A stretch of DNA of 64,000 nt. Origin: Raillietiella orientalis (taxonomy: Eukaryota). Positions 1-13,200 of this stretch are shown here, one piece after another. Under the pieces are notes generated by a model that was not told where the DNA came from, ran no database searches, and saw only the letters and a list, made by a program, of their open reading frames with translations. The DNA is taken from contig JAYWIR010000026.1 in NCBI GenBank assembly GCA_036172245.1, positions 1,550,001 through 1,614,000 of the forward strand, written 5' to 3'. A program made the translations under genes and the position numbers. Within the stretch, counting starts at the first letter, position 1, and every line of letters starts with the position of its first letter.

Positions 1-3000
1 CTCAGACCCTTCCTCTTCCCTAGAAGCGGCAGCTGAGAAACTTGTCATAGCGTGTCACTTATCGTTGCATAGTTGTTGCATCACATTTGCTCCTTTCTGG
101 GGTCATCTGATCCAAAGACCAATAGTCTTGGATTTTCTCTGGAGCTCTAGAGAGTTCGGCGCTCTCCTCTTCCTACGCTATCACAGGAAGAAGGAAGTCA
201 GGGGAACAGATTCTCAGCTGCACGATGCTCTCTTCCTCTTGAAAGAGCCTCTTCTTTTGGAAGCCATGCAGCTTGTGAAAGCAGCTGGATTACTGCCTTT
301 TGGAAAGAAAAGAGTGGTTTTCAGAGTGCCAATAACGACTGATTACACGGGGAAGAAGTCCTATCAAAGGCTCTGCGTTAAATTCTTGCTCAGTCACTTG
401 GTTGAGTGTCTTCTACATGAGCTGTGCAGTGCCCTGGATTCTTCCTTCGCGTTGGGAACTACTCGATGAAAAGGTAGTTCGTGTCGTAAGAAACTCCTGA
501 TGGAGCGTCTCTCCAAGTTTTCTAATAGTTACGCTCGCCTGTAGCGATCCAGTTTGTGGACGTGTAGTCTGAAGGGGTCGTTTCCAAGATAACCTATCGT
601 CGGGATATACGAATGATCTTCAGCTTGGATGGAGGATGGACTGAGATAATGATTTCCACTGCCAATTACTTGTGCCTCTTCGACCGCACCTTGAACGTAT
701 CGTTTCCACGTGGACCACGAATCGAATCTTGGCAGCCGCGAAGTCTGTCGCTTCTCGGCATCAGCAGCAAACCTGACCTTCCTCTCTGGGAGCTTTTCAC
801 AACTCGTGACTTTGAATGGAGAAAAACCAAGACAGAGGTGCACAGGATATCTCCGGAGGCACTGACCCACTCCAGAGGACGAATCTCGAGAGAACCCTCG
901 AGAATTGTGATCTTCCTCTTTCAATGATCGCGCTTTTGCCGTATCTTGCCACTCGAGTCTCGAAGTAAAGCACGGTGTTCTCCTTCAGCAGGTTCTGGTC
1001 CGTTCCAGCCTGTCGCCTCCTTCGATGGAAGCAGGGATAAGCCGAGCAAAAGGAAGTCAGCGGTTTCGCCCCAGGACAGCGTTTTCAATAAGCTGAATGG
1101 GACCAGGGATGCTGCCCACCTTCCTCACAAAAGCTGATCAGCTTCGCCGCCCTACGCTTCGAATGCTCACCTAAGAGACGAACGAAATAAAAAAGCGGTT
1201 TGGTTTCTCAAGTGAAGAGAACGAGAGTGAAGAAACTGCGCTCATCAGAGAAGGAGTCGGTTTTCTGCGAGGAAGAATCCACGGCATCCAAGATGAGTGC
1301 ATTGATCTGCTCAGTCTCCCCACCCTCTGCGCAGTTTGAGACCTAGAAAACCAATTCCTCAACCGGATATAAGGTCGAACTCTTAGAGTGAGGACTGCAA
1401 AATGACGAAGAAGGTGAGCTCTTGCGCTATTCTCAGAGTTCGACTGCAGGTCTGGTTTGATGGGGAGGCTGCTCGGGCAAAGTTGCCTGAGGAGCAGGTT
1501 TGCTGGTGCTCCTGCAGCAGCAGAAGAACACCTTGTGGCCGCTAGATCGATTAGCGTCCTTGGGTCTAGGTGGTGAACAGCAGAACGACAAACACGCTTT
1601 TTCTGTGGCTGCCACAAGAACTCTCAAGGCATTCCATCCTGGAACGAAGGTCTTCTTGAGTCGCCGCTCGTTCCGGCCATCCACTCTTCCGATCACAGAT
1701 CTCTGCCGCGGGAGCAACAGCGCTTCCCTTCCTTTCCGAGCAGAAGATGAGTTCCCTTTGAGAGAGCATTGCCGAACAGACAGAGGAGCGTCCGTCCCCC
1801 CCCTCGGAGGAAGAGCGAGCATGCCAGTGCAACCGGAAAGGGGAAGAAGCGTGTGGGGTCAGGGTGCAAGGAAGGCAGGTGCATTTTGGTTCCTAAATAG
1901 ATGTCTGCTGTGTCCATCCGGTCTCTCTCCAGAAACGATGGGTGAACGGCGCCTGCCTCCAAAGTGGGGCCTCTCCGGCGTACCCAAGGATACGGCATTC
2001 GGTTTTCTGCTCTGTGCAATTTTTTTTTTGAGAAGGAGGCCTTCAACGTTTCCGGAGGAGCAGCAGAGGCGGTTCGAACCACGTGCTGGCGTCAAGATCC
2101 AGGGGGATGCGTTCTCATTTCAAAAGCGCCCCTCTTCGAATTTCGTCGGGAGACGAGGTGCATCTAGAAGGGCCTCCGACGGGAGGACTACCTTTTTTCT
2201 CCAGAAAAAAACGACCCCTTCCATCCCAAAACTCGCTTTGTTGAGGAGTTTTCCCAAGGAAAAAAAAACAAAAAAAGACGAAGAGGTTGGCGACCTCAGA
2301 AGACCAAAACCGGGCAGGTTTCCTGCTGCTTCCGTACACCTCAGCATCCCTTTTCAGCTCTGCCTGCTCGCGGGCTCGTCGCCAGAAGAGCCGCGCGAGA
2401 AAGTCGCAACTGCGCACGATCTGCAGCGGCCCTTCCTTTCCCGGTAGAAAGGGATGTTTTGGCCCTTCGATCTCTGGACTGCTCTGCGGTGATGCCCGGA
2501 GGCTGAAACGGAGCCCGGTTTGAGCGATCTCCACCTCGGCGACGCACTTTGAGCCCGAAACTTAAGATCTGTAGACATTGACGGGCGCCTTCCTTCAGGC
2601 GGAGCCATGTGGGAACGCATCCAATGCGACCGTAGCCTGGAAACGCCAGAATGGTTCCGCCACTCCCGCCGACTCCTTCCCGAACCTCGCGAGGTGGCGA
2701 TTTCCCGTTCCCGAGGTGAAAAACCCCGTTCTCCTCTCCGTCCGAAAATGGGGCAGCGTCATCATTTCTCCGGAGACAAAGATCGGACTTTGCTCTGCCT
2801 CCGCAGACAGGCATCTTCCCGTTTCTCCACTTTCACATCTCCCGCTGGACCGCGCGCGATAATTTTTGCCTGGATCTGGCGACGTTTGTTATTTGTCATT
2901 TGAGGAAGGGACAATGGAGGGACGCCATGGAAACGCCGATGGCTGAACTCTGCGACTATCAAAAATCGCAGCTTGTGCCTCAGGGTCTCTCTGGCAGCTT

Positions 3001-3339
3001 GTGGTCCTCAGTGGAACAGTTCTTCCTCCTTCGAGCTCTTGGAGACATGGGGGATGATTGAGGAAAGCGCGGATCAAGGGCGACCTGCGGTTTATTTCAC
3101 CTCTTTCTTCGCCTTTTGTGCTCCTGAGCGTTTCTGGACTCTGACCTTTCCCATCCGAGTGTTTTGAGCTCGGAACCGGACGAAAGGAGCTTCCAGAATA
3201 ACCGCCGAGTCACCTTGCACGCAGAGGGTTCGAACTTGACTGGAGACGTGGCCAGGAGAGAAGGCGTGAGGAGACAGGAGTGTGGGCAGGAAAGACCAGC
3301 AGCCAAATGAGCAAACAGGAGATGGGAGGGGTTGGTTGC

Positions 3340-3980
3340 ATGGCCGTGACTGCGGGGTCCCGAGGACACACGGGAAGGGACCGAACGGAGTCTCAGCCCT
3401 CCGGAATGTATGGTCCAAAACCGCTTTGGAAGAAGCCAAGAGCTGGCAATCTCACTCTGTCGGGATGCTCCCTGAAGCAAAGGAGAGGGGAGGAGGGGGA
3501 AATCCGACAACGCTTAGGAATTTCAGCTCCACAAACCGGAAGGTTTGCTTCTGGATGACGGCTGCTGCGAGTTTGCAGCCTTCCACGCCTTCAGCACCAC
3601 CACGGAACGTGGATTCTCAAGCAGCATCCAGGACCACGTGCCCTCAAACTCACTGGAGCTGCTTGCTCCGAGAACCCCTCCGTGGACGTCGTTTCTCTCC
3701 CCTTTTTCAAATCCTAGACCTTCCGGGAGCTCCAGGCGTCTTGATCTTAAGGAATCCGAAAGAGCCGCTTGGACGTTTCCCAACGAGCCGGCAGGAAGGC
3801 AAACTAAGAGGTCCCGTTCTTTCCCGGTGGCTTCTGCTGGACCTCACGATCTCGGGCTATCGGATCCGGAACAGTGGCCGCTGGAAGCTGGAGGCTATGC
3901 CATCCCAAGGGAAGCGTCGGTTTATGAATGTCCACCCCATCCTTGCCAGAGCGCTGAAAGGAAGGGGAGGGTGACGAACA
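3340..3980 (+). mobile_element. Highly decayed Ty3/Gypsy-like integrase remnant
   Basis: GHTGRDRT...LSGCSLKQRR (3364-3486) resembles the integrase H2C2 zinc-binding consensus GHxGRDKT...CxxCQRR. Downstream fragments (LSDPEQ, PPHPCQSAERKGRV) only weakly echo the catalytic core. No LTRs seen. Confidence 0.35.
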
Positions 3981-4834
3981 GGGAGCAAGCGGGATTCTGG
4001 CAAGAGTGTTCGCCGGAAGCACGTTCTTCGAGAATGGAAAAGGATCGTGCTGCCAGAGGCGCACGTGGGTTCTGAGGGTGCTCGATCGACGGGAACGATG
4101 GGGGAGGAGAGATGAATTGCCTACTTTTCCTTCCGAATGCATTGGGAGAGTCGGCATTATGGGAGTTCCCTTAGGTTTCCCGCCTTCGAGGATGCCGTTT
4201 CTTCCCGCCTGTACAGAAGTCATTCATCCTTCTCCCGAGTTCCTGACCCTTCCCGCTGGAGTGGACGCATTCCCTTCTCCTGAATGGACTCACTAAAAGA
4301 ACCTTCCCGACGCTGCCACCGGAAGGATGGCGAGTCTGACCCCTCGTGCTCCTCTTGCCCTCCTTCTCTCTCCCACATGTGGAAGCTCCCACTGACTCTT
4401 AAGAGGGATACTTCCAGTGCGGCAGGTTGCGTGCTCTGTGCAGAAATCCCCTTCGAAAGGAGGGTGTAGTCCCGGCCGACTGTAAAATCACTCCGAGGGG
4501 ACTAGCGCACGCGCGTTCCTGTCCTGGCCTCTCCGAAGGGGTCGAAGTTTCGAAAACGCCTGCGGCAAGTCTCCCCACTACCCGGAGAGCGGCAAACCCG
4601 CTGCTCAGCCGTCGCTGAATGGACCAGACGTCTCCGAAAGGGAGATCGAAGAAGGCACTGTAGATCTCTCCGATTTGAAGTCTCTTGGCAACCGCGCTCG
4701 TACGGCAGCCCGGCAGTTTCCGAAGAGGAAAGAAACGAAAGTGGCACCTCGTGGGGGCAGCGAAACTCTGGTGGAGAGAGTCAGAGGAGGCAGCTAACAT
4801 AGAGGGCATCTCTTGGGAACAGGAATCCAGGAAT

Positions 4835-4957
4835 TTCCCGGTTCGGCCGGTAAAATCACTAATCCAGGATAACCAGCCAAACAGCCTCCAGCAAGGGCTG
4901 GAGGCTGTTTGGCTGCGATCTCCGAACGTGGCGCAGGTTCGAATCCTGCCCGGGAAA
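4835..4957 (+). tRNA. tRNA-like pseudogene or SINE-head-like shell (Ser/Leu-type 3' half); not a functional tRNA call
   Basis: Canonical T-arm GCAGG-TTCGAAT-CCTGC (4933-4949, B-box) directly followed by CCGGGAA (4950-4956), which pairs 7/7 with TTCCCGG (4835-4841). No recognisable D-arm/A-box or anticodon arm. Confidence 0.35.
4874..4915. repeat. Perfect 19-bp inverted repeat with 4-nt loop
   Basis: CAGCCAAACAGCCTCCAGC-AAGG-GCTGGAGGCTGTTTGGCTG read directly. Confidence 0.95.
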
Positions 4958-7900
4958 GGATCGGCTCCAAGAAATAAAGGGAATGGGTCGTAAGTTCCGA
5001 GTACCCCACCTCCCCGCAAGATGACTGGTTGGCCTATTCAGATGCAGCACCGCTGGAAGGCAGAAATCCCTGGACGCTCCCGTTGAGTGATGACCGGGAT
5101 TGGAAGTTGACCTTTTGAGGTCCTTGCAAAAATCAAGGGTTCCTTCGAGGTTCCCCTCTGGTTAGGAAAATGGAGCTGAGCATACCAGAGCTGGTTGATG
5201 CCTCCTCGAAGAGAGTTCTCCAGAGTGCCAGGAGCGCGCTGATCCCTTCAGGAAGAGCCCTCCAGAGAAATTGGGAAGCGTCCTTTCGGGGTCCTCTTCA
5301 AGGGAAGGAAAGAGGAAACTATTTCCTCTCGGAGGAGAAATTCCAGGAGCGGATCTCTTTCTGGGTTCCTTTCGGAGGTAGGAAAAACGAGGAGCGGCCT
5401 CCATTAACCGGAAGGTCCCTCCGGAAAGGACAAGGAAGAGGTTCCTTTCGTTGTTCCCTTCGGTGACAACCAGGGTCGAAGTTCCCTTCGGGGTTCTCCT
5501 GCCAAGCGTGAGAGGAACGAACCCCTCCCTCCGGAACCCTTCCTGGATCCATAGGGTGGTCTCCTGACGGGGTATCCCCTACAACTTGAAGAGTGACGCT
5601 CACCCTCGGGTGGCGTGGACAGCGTTGAAGAGCTCAGTGACCCCCTCTTAAGGAGGTGAACGGCTCTTCAAAACTTGGCGAACCAAAAGAAAAAAAAAGG
5701 AAAAAAAAACTGAAAGGGAAGCAGCGAAACGGAAGAACCCGAAAGGATGTCCACCACCATCCGGTTGCGTCCACTGAGAGACCGGATGTGCTTTCTCCCT
5801 CCAAAAAGGAACTTTTGACCGCTGCCTCCGCGCGCCACCGGAGATGCTTGGACCGCCGGCGCGTGGGCTCGACAGGCCTTCTCTCGCGCGTCACCACTGC
5901 CCTCCGAATAGCCCGATGGCCGCGGAGGGGAGCAGGCACGAGGAAGGGAGGGGAGCGACCTCCCTCTCGCCGGCGACGGCGCTGCCGGTGGCAGGGGAAT
6001 CCCGTCCTGGAGGAAGGAGACGCTTCGCGCGCGCACTCGCTCGGGCGCGTCCGTCGTGCTGCGCCTCCTCGCGCAGCAAACGCAGCGCCGGGGGGTGCTC
6101 CGGGATCGTCCTTCCTTCCCTCGCCTCAGGACATGGCCCACGACCTAACTTCGAGGGTCGGACCTTGCGCGTGCACGGTTTCTCCACCGGACCAGGGGGA
6201 GGGGGAAGCTCCGGAAAAGCGGGAGGGCGGACCGACCCGCCGCTGCTCCCAGTCCGGGAGCTGCGCGCGCGCGCAGCCTCATCTCGGAGCCTCCCCCCCT
6301 CCCTCCCTTGCCTTCGGCGCGCGCGCGCACGCACGCTCAAAGGAACTGCCCTCTGAACGTGTAATCTACCGTGTCACCTGAGACGTGACCATTAGCATTC
6401 GGTTTCACAAGCTCCGTGCCGCTCTGATTAACCGCGGCGAGCGTGATAAGGCTGGAAGCAATTTATCTGACTAATTAGGAAGACCCTGGTGGTTAAGAAA
6501 CCGCACGATCCTGCCGTCGGTGCGGAGCGGTTTCCAGGATACTCGGATTCTCGGGCTGCAGGCGCGGGAGGATTTCTCCGCGGAGATCAAGTCGCCTCCA
6601 AACCGCCCCGTCCTCCTTTCCAGAAGGACGGAGAGGGAGGGAGAAGCGGACCACCTGCGCGCTGCAGATTCGAGAAGCTGTGTCCTTGAGACACGAGGGG
6701 ACCCTCACGAGGTGACGGTGAGGGAGAGGAAGGGGGGAGCAGGGGTGGATCGTTCTCCTCCGCGGAGACGGATGAGGAGGTGGCGCCCTCCCTCCTTCCT
6801 TTGGGAGTCGCTTTGCTCCCGTTGTTCTCAACGAGGTCCCGCATTTCCCGGATCGTTTGGGGAGGGGGCTATCCGGAGCGGCAGCGGCGGCAGCAGCAAC
6901 CCGGAAGCGAACGGACGGACGGATCGCAGCGAAGCGGCCGTGCTGGCGGCAGGCGAAACACCCCGATGGTGTGCACACTCGCTGACCTCATTTGGCGAGC
7001 GGATGAGCCTTCTAGATGTGACGGAAAATCGTTGCATTCGGACCATCCGCCGTCTTTGCTGCCCTTCTTGCAGCCGTTGACAAGGGTCCCACGGTCGCGG
7101 ACGGCTTTATTCCGTGGCGCTCGGCTGGCTCCTTCCGTCCCGAGAAGCGCAATCTATGCATTGCCCTCCTTCCAGGGCAAGCCAACGCATCGAACCCTCA
7201 AGAAAACAGGCGAGGGAGAGTTTGGCAGCCCTGCAGCCGGGAAAAGCAGGAGACTGGAGTGGGGAGTGTGGCAGCGGAATGCACGAGTTTCATGCCGAAA
7301 ATTCTGGCGGGCCAGTCGCGTCCCAACGGATGAGCAGCTGCGCAGAAATGCCATCTTGGGAGGGCCCTTGGACGCGAGCGTTCCCGATTCCGGCGTCTCC
7401 TTGCATAGAGCCCCGACGGATCCAGCGAGGAAGGATACCCTCCCGCGCCATCTTCCTCGAGAGTGCGACGTGCAGTTAGCACCTTCCCTCCCCTCCGGAG
7501 TGGCATCACCCCAGTGCCTCTCGCCGGCATCCCCTTGTCCTGCAGGCTTCTCGGAGGAGTTCGAGGCGCCGCGTCTTCTCCCCATGGGGCGGGGGTGGAC
7601 CCTCCGCGCTCCGGAGTGAACGCGCGTGGTGCCGGGATGCACGCACAGAGATCCGAAGGGTTCCGGCCACCTTCTGCGACACCGCTCCTGCCCGGCCACT
7701 TCTAGCACGACGACCTCTCCCTCTGACGGCGCTGACGGCAGGATTCTTCTTGCGATGCGGTCCAGAGCTGTGCACCCGCAGAGGAGGAGCTCCCCCGGCT
7801 GGCGCCAGAGTGCGCAAAGGAGACAACGACAAAGGAACAAACTCATCCGGAGGCCGGTCGCCCCTCCGGCGACCATTGATGACCTTGCCGTGAGCTCGTC

Positions 7901-8689
7901 CCTCGGTTGCCACGACGTCCCGTACTCGCATGCCTCCATCGCATCGAACCGCTTGCCTTGGTGGTCCTGAGGTCCGTTGGAATGCGTCCACTCGCGTCTC
8001 CTGTTTTATCGCTGCTTCCGGCAGCCTGACCTCTTTGCTCGGGATGACGGAACACGCGGACCCATTTCTGGAGTCCCTTGCTGAATGAATTCCCTTATCG
8101 GAAGTCCAACACTCCTTTCTCAATTCTCTTTACAGCGGCATTGTATTTTCAAGAACGCTTTAGGTGGAGTTCCCGTTCCCGCGGTGCGAAGGGGGAGGGA
8201 GTGGGAGCAGGACTTTGCCCTCGGAGAGTCATGGCCGAGAAGGGCTCTCAGCTGATCCCGAGAGCTCCTGCATGCTGGGTGCGGGCAGCTGGATGGGAAT
8301 CGGCGGCATCTGCTGCCTCGAAAGATGCGCCCGATCCTCCCTTCTCGGGGATGGACGCGAGCATCTTCCGAGCTTCCGAACCTTGTGGGGTTCACGACGA
8401 ATGCAGTTCCCGGCGGGAATTCCAGTGGAAATTCCAACCATCGTCGTTCATGCTTCCGGGATCCCCCTTCAGGCACCCGTTTTCCCACGAAATACCTGCA
8501 GCAGCCACTGGCCCAAAATCCTCTCAAGCGGCTCCTTCCGGAAAGGGTGGACCGCCGCCCCCAGCCGCATTACCAGACGCAGGGCGGGAGCGCAGCTGGA
8601 GGTCAGAACTCTCCCCGATGCTTTTGCTCCTTCTTCCCACCCTTTCGGAAGTTCCAAGATCCCCAGGGGCACCGGAGGAATCCCTCCCT

Positions 8690-8840
8690 TGTCCCCACTT
8701 CTTTCAAGCGGCCCACTTTCGAGGAACGCTCGCGGTAAAACCGGAAAGAGTTCTGAAATGCCTCCGGCAGGAACGAAAAATCGGCTGCCTCCAGGATCTG
8801 ACACTCTCCTTCGCTTTCTGCCCTTCTGGAGCCAGGAATG
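8690..8840 (+). mobile_element. Possible decayed retrotransposon integrase zinc-binding (H2C2) fragment
   Basis: FQAAHFRGTLAVKPERVLKCLRQ..LQDLTLSFAFCPSGARN loosely fits the H2C2 spacing, but two of the four ligands are missing. Confidence 0.2.
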
Positions 8841-9661
8841 ATGACCTTCGTGGTGGAAGATGCGCCTCCTCGACGGAGCTCTGGAAAATTCCTCTTCCAT
8901 CAGCTTCGGTGCACCCTCGAAGTGGAAGGGGGAGAATGGTTTCCGGGACAACCAACTCTTGTCTCCCCCCTGTAGTCCGAACGCACCAGGGGAATCTCCC
9001 TCAGACTCTTCCTTCCTCCCTCCTGAGAATGGATGTGTCCTGAAGGATGTCCTTTCCCTCTTCTTGTATTTTTTTCCATCGGGAAGAGGAAAGGGGTGAA
9101 AGGGAAGGAAGGAGAAAGTAGAGGAGGAGGAGGAGAGCTGTTCCCGGTGGACCGGTTCCTCAGCGACACTCACCTCGCCGGCGGAGTCTCCTTCCAGGGG
9201 CGGAGGTGGCTTCCACAGGGAAACATCGGGGCTTCAATCCCTCTCCCCCCTCCCTTCCCTTCCCAACCCACTGATCCGTGCTCGCACGCGCCTGCGTGGG
9301 GGATGCTTCCGGCCGTCTTTCCGCTTCCGCCTACGTCGAAGAGGAGGTGAAGGGAGGGAGAGAGGGAGGAGAGGAGAGGGAAACTAAATCCCCGGGAGCG
9401 GAAGCGGCATTTTCCGGAAGCGTTCATGACGGCGCTTCGGGAGGAAAGCAAGAGAGGGAGAAGGCGACAGCGCACAAGATAGGAGCCGAGGCACGCCCGT
9501 GGCGGCACTCCCGCCGTGCAAAGGCCGCGAGCTCTTCTTATCTCTCGGAAGTTCGAAGACGTGGGACGAATACGCCGGCTGCTGCTGCCTCCGGGGCTGA
9601 CGCTCTGGGGATAGAGCGCGCCCGCTGGAGCCGGCTGCCCGGCGTCCAGCCCGAAGAGCTG

Positions 9662-9697
9662 GGAAGGAAGGAAGGAAGGAAGGAAGGAAGGAAGGAA
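9662..9697. repeat. (GGAA)9 microsatellite
   Basis: Nine perfect units counted. Confidence 0.95.
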
Positions 9698-9774
9698 GTC
9701 GTTGGGGGGGGAGGGAGGGGAAGAGAGAAGACGGAGAGAGAAAGAGAGAAAAGGCTGGCTCGCTCGTTCCCTCG

Positions 9775-9860
9775 AGTGCGCGCGCTCGAGCGCACGCGAG
9801 CAAGCACGCACGCATACACCCTGCCTGCTTGCTGCTATTTCCCTCCGCCGAGTGTAAGGA
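9775..9860 (+). promoter_or_regulatory. Probable promoter/TSS region of the DM4/DM12-like gene
   Basis: Alternating GCGCGC/GCAC tract next to a GA-rich tract, about 300 bp upstream of the ATG-containing exon. No core promoter element identified with certainty. Confidence 0.3.
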
Positions 9861-10137
9861 GAGAACACGCGCGCCGGCCAGAGGGAATCCCAGAGTTCAG
9901 CGAAAACGGAGCCGGGTCGTGGGTCCCGCCGCCGCCGCCCTCTCCACCGACACCTGCAAGAGCCGCCGCCGCCTCGCTCGCCCGTCGTTGCGTGTGCGGG
10001 CGTGTAGACCCCGACTCTTCACCTTTCCCTCGTAAATACAGGTCGGGTTACTTCCGGCCTCCCGTCTGCCTCCTCCCACCCCTTCCCTTCCCTCCTCCAC
10101 TCCGTCCCCCCCCCCCCTCCCTCCACCGCAGGTTTCC

Positions 10138-10221
10138 ATGGAGAGGAGCGTTCTCTTCGCGGGATCCGTGTTCTGCCTGCTGCTGACTCACTCCGCAGGA
10201 AGGAAAGCCTCCATCCAGGAT
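10138..10221 (+). CDS. Coding exon 1 (signal peptide) of the DM4/DM12-like gene
   Basis: C-rich tract + CAG acceptor ending 10131, ATG at 10138, encodes MERSVLFAGSVFCLLLTHSAGRKASIQD, donor GAT|GTAAGG at 10222 (phase 0). The acceptor implies an upstream non-coding exon. Confidence 0.7.
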
Positions 10222-13200
10222 GTAAGGATCTTTTTCTTTCAAATTGTTCTTCTTGGGGGAAAGGGGGAGCAGGAAGCGGGAGGGGGCTTTCTGGCGGCGC
10301 TGGAGACGCTTGGATTGCTGCGCCACCTTCTCCAGCCGACGACTGCAGAGAGACTTCGACGATTTCGGTCCTGCCGCTGACGGATCGTTTCCTCCGGGAG
10401 CTTCCGTGGACAGCACCGGCGATGGGGGGAAGCACGACTTCTCCGCGGAAGGGGAATAGGGGGAGCTCCTGCCTTCTGAAAGCACCAGCGCTCCTCCGCG
10501 GACGACGACTCGGGCTCCGCTGAGACGCTTCGAGCGAAAGGTGTGGAGATGAACTCCCCGCCGCGCATGCTGCAATGCATCGGGAGGCGTTCCTCCGCCG
10601 GCTGCGGGAGGATTCCCCCCCCCCCCCCCTGGCTCCCGTTTATTTCCCTTCCCCCTTTCCCTTCTATTCCTTCCTCTCGAGGTGGCGCCCTCTTCCGTCT
10701 CTCTCCCCTTCTCCCGCGCCGCCGAGCTCTGCTTCCTGGTCCCGTCCCGTTGCGAACGACGCGCCCGAGAATCGATGGGATGGCCGTCCATGCCGAACGC
10801 GCGCGACACCTCGAGACACGCCCTGCCTCGTCTTCCGGGTTTCGAAACTGCGGTGCTTCTGCGGCTAGATTCCCTGAGGCGTTTCCCAGGAGAGGGGCGT
10901 GGCGTTCAGCTGACAGCAGCAGCACCGATAGACCCTCCACTGAGCCTGGAGTAGTCCCGGAGGTTCCTTGCTCTGCATTTCTTGGCGCTCCCCCATCCCA
11001 ACCACGACGGAGAACGATGGGGAAGAGCAGGCAGCTGGGGGATCCGCCACTCGCAGACAGCCGGCTCCTCCGCAATGCTTTCCTGGAATGAGCGCTTCTT
11101 CTCGGAGAGAGCTTGTCGGAAGAAGGCTCACGGAGAGGCGGAGCAGGGGATGCGGCGAGCCTGCGGGAGACGCGCGCGCCTCTTCGGGAACGACGACGCG
11201 ACCCGAGGAGCGCGCTCTCGCTCGCGTCCAGCTCCCTCCCGAACAGTCCATCCCCCGAGGCGATCCTCTAAATGGACCTCCGGAAATCCGCCCGACGCTC
11301 CGCAGCAGTCATAGCAGCAAAAAAAAAAAAAAAAATGGGGAGGAAGGGGCCTTCCGGACGGAAATGGAGCTTCCGCCTTCAGGGAAGAATCGTCGCAGAT
11401 GTCGCTTCCCAGCGGCTTGGGAGCGACGTTCCCTCCGCAACCCACGGGGGACTCGCTTCGGAGCTGCCTGGAGCTGGTACAGAGGATAGTCAGAGAGCCA
11501 GGGCTGAAGTCAGCGCATTCTCCCTGGGGCAAAATTCTTCAGCTGGTCTCGGGACAGCCCATCCGGGCGGTGCCGGACGCATAACAGCCCGGACATGCGG
11601 TCCTATCGGCGAGGTCTCTGTGGCGGAAGCTCCACCACACGCAGCAGGGAGAGAACGAAGGGGAGGAAGGGAAGGAGGAGGGTGGGGAGAGGAACAAAAG
11701 GCGATCTGCCGGTGTCGTTGTGATGGTCTGGGACCCAAGCAGGGGCGAGTAGCCGAAAGGGCTCAGGGTCTCCCTACTGCAAGACAGCGGGGAGTCTGAA
11801 GAGAGGAACCGTATGCTCCAACGCTGGATGCTCTCAGAGCATGTGTTGGGTATATCTATAGGGTTATACGCCATGATCAACAACCTCTGGAGCAAGGAAA
11901 ACCACGACCGACCGAAGGACATGGCAACCGAACCTCAACGTGATCGCCAGGAGCCCTTTCTGGGAGCGTCGCCATGATGGGCAGGCTGCCCCCAACCCCC
12001 TGCCTTCCTCACCTTCCGATTTTCCGGTTCTCCTCCCCCGGGAAAATCGGCGGTTGCCCGAGGAGCAGAGGTCTCGTCGTGTTAGGTCTGGTAGCGCCCC
12101 ACGAAGAGGCATCTCGCCTGCGTACCTTGCCCCGACCGCCGCCGGTTCGCTCCCTTTTTTCCAGAGGACAGGCACCCCCTTGCATCTCCGAATTCAGAAA
12201 GGCGCCGCAAGGGTGGACGGGTGGGCAGAGGGATTCAGGGAGGCTTGAGTAGTTCCCTTGGCCAACTGACCTTCAAAGCCGGCTTCCGTCTTTGCAGGGT
12301 CGCTCGGAGGCTCCGCCGTCGTCTTCGAACAGCTCAGCCAGGCAGGACATCTTCAGCCGCTTCGACGAGATCGGCGCCATCAGATTAAGCAAGTATTTCT
12401 CTCGTATCCCCCTCCTCTCCTCCTTTTTCCTCCCACGCCTGTCGTCCTCCCACAAGACGGCCTTCTTTCCCACGAGGTCGTCTCGAAAGCTCACGTGCCG
12501 AGCTCGCCTAGCCGAAGAGGAGGCAGCGGGCGTGATCGCGCTCCGGGAGGAACGGGAGGGTCTGCGAAGGACTCCCTCTGGGAACGCCTCCTCGGCCCGA
12601 GAGAGCTGCCCTCCCTGCCGACGGACGAACGGCGATTCTCGGTCCCCCTCCCTCACCGACGATCGTCCGGTCGTCGTGACCCGCAAAACTGTAGCTCCAC
12701 TCCGTCCGGGTCCGCGTGGCGCTGGAGTTCCACGTCGTGAGCCACGAGCCCGGAGCTCCCGATGGCGTGCTCGCTGCACGCTCAGATGGCTGTGTCGCAA
12801 TCCCTGGATCCCGGCAAAATCCAAGCGGTCGCGGCCTTCCTCGAGGAAGCTTTGAGGTCTCCTTCCAGCCTGCCCGGGAACACCCCGATAATTTCCAGCT
12901 CTTCGTGCTCGGAGCGCACAGGCGCGTCGTGCGCGGAAATCTCCGGCTCCAGCAGCACACCTGAGGAGGAGCGGGAAGGGGGGGAGGGAAAGAGGAGAAG
13001 GAGAGAGGGAGGGGGGAGAGTGAAAGAGGGAAAGCATCGCTCCCGTGAATGAATGGACCATCACCACGCTGGCTCGCCCGTCTTGCCCAATCGCGTTCTT
13101 TTGCAACGCCACAGGTCGTGGAGTCCATGAAAGTGGCTTTCAGTGGATGGAGAGAGAGAGCCGGGCTGATGTGTGCGCCTTCCCCGCTGTACAAGGCTTT

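Noticed and set aside
4464..4520. GACTGTAAAATC resembling a tRNA-Tyr anticodon arm and sharing GTAAAATCACT with 4850-4860
   Set aside because: No T-arm or acceptor stem; an 11-nt match is too short to establish a repeat.
5604..5674. Candidate minus-strand exon ending at a GTGAGC donor
   Set aside because: Stops in all three frames and a weak AAG acceptor; at most non-coding.
10336..10459. Candidate exon after the CTTCTCCAG acceptor downstream of exon 1
   Set aside because: Phase-0 reading stops at 10380 and the alternative frame stops at 10459 with no donor; incompatible with the gene model.
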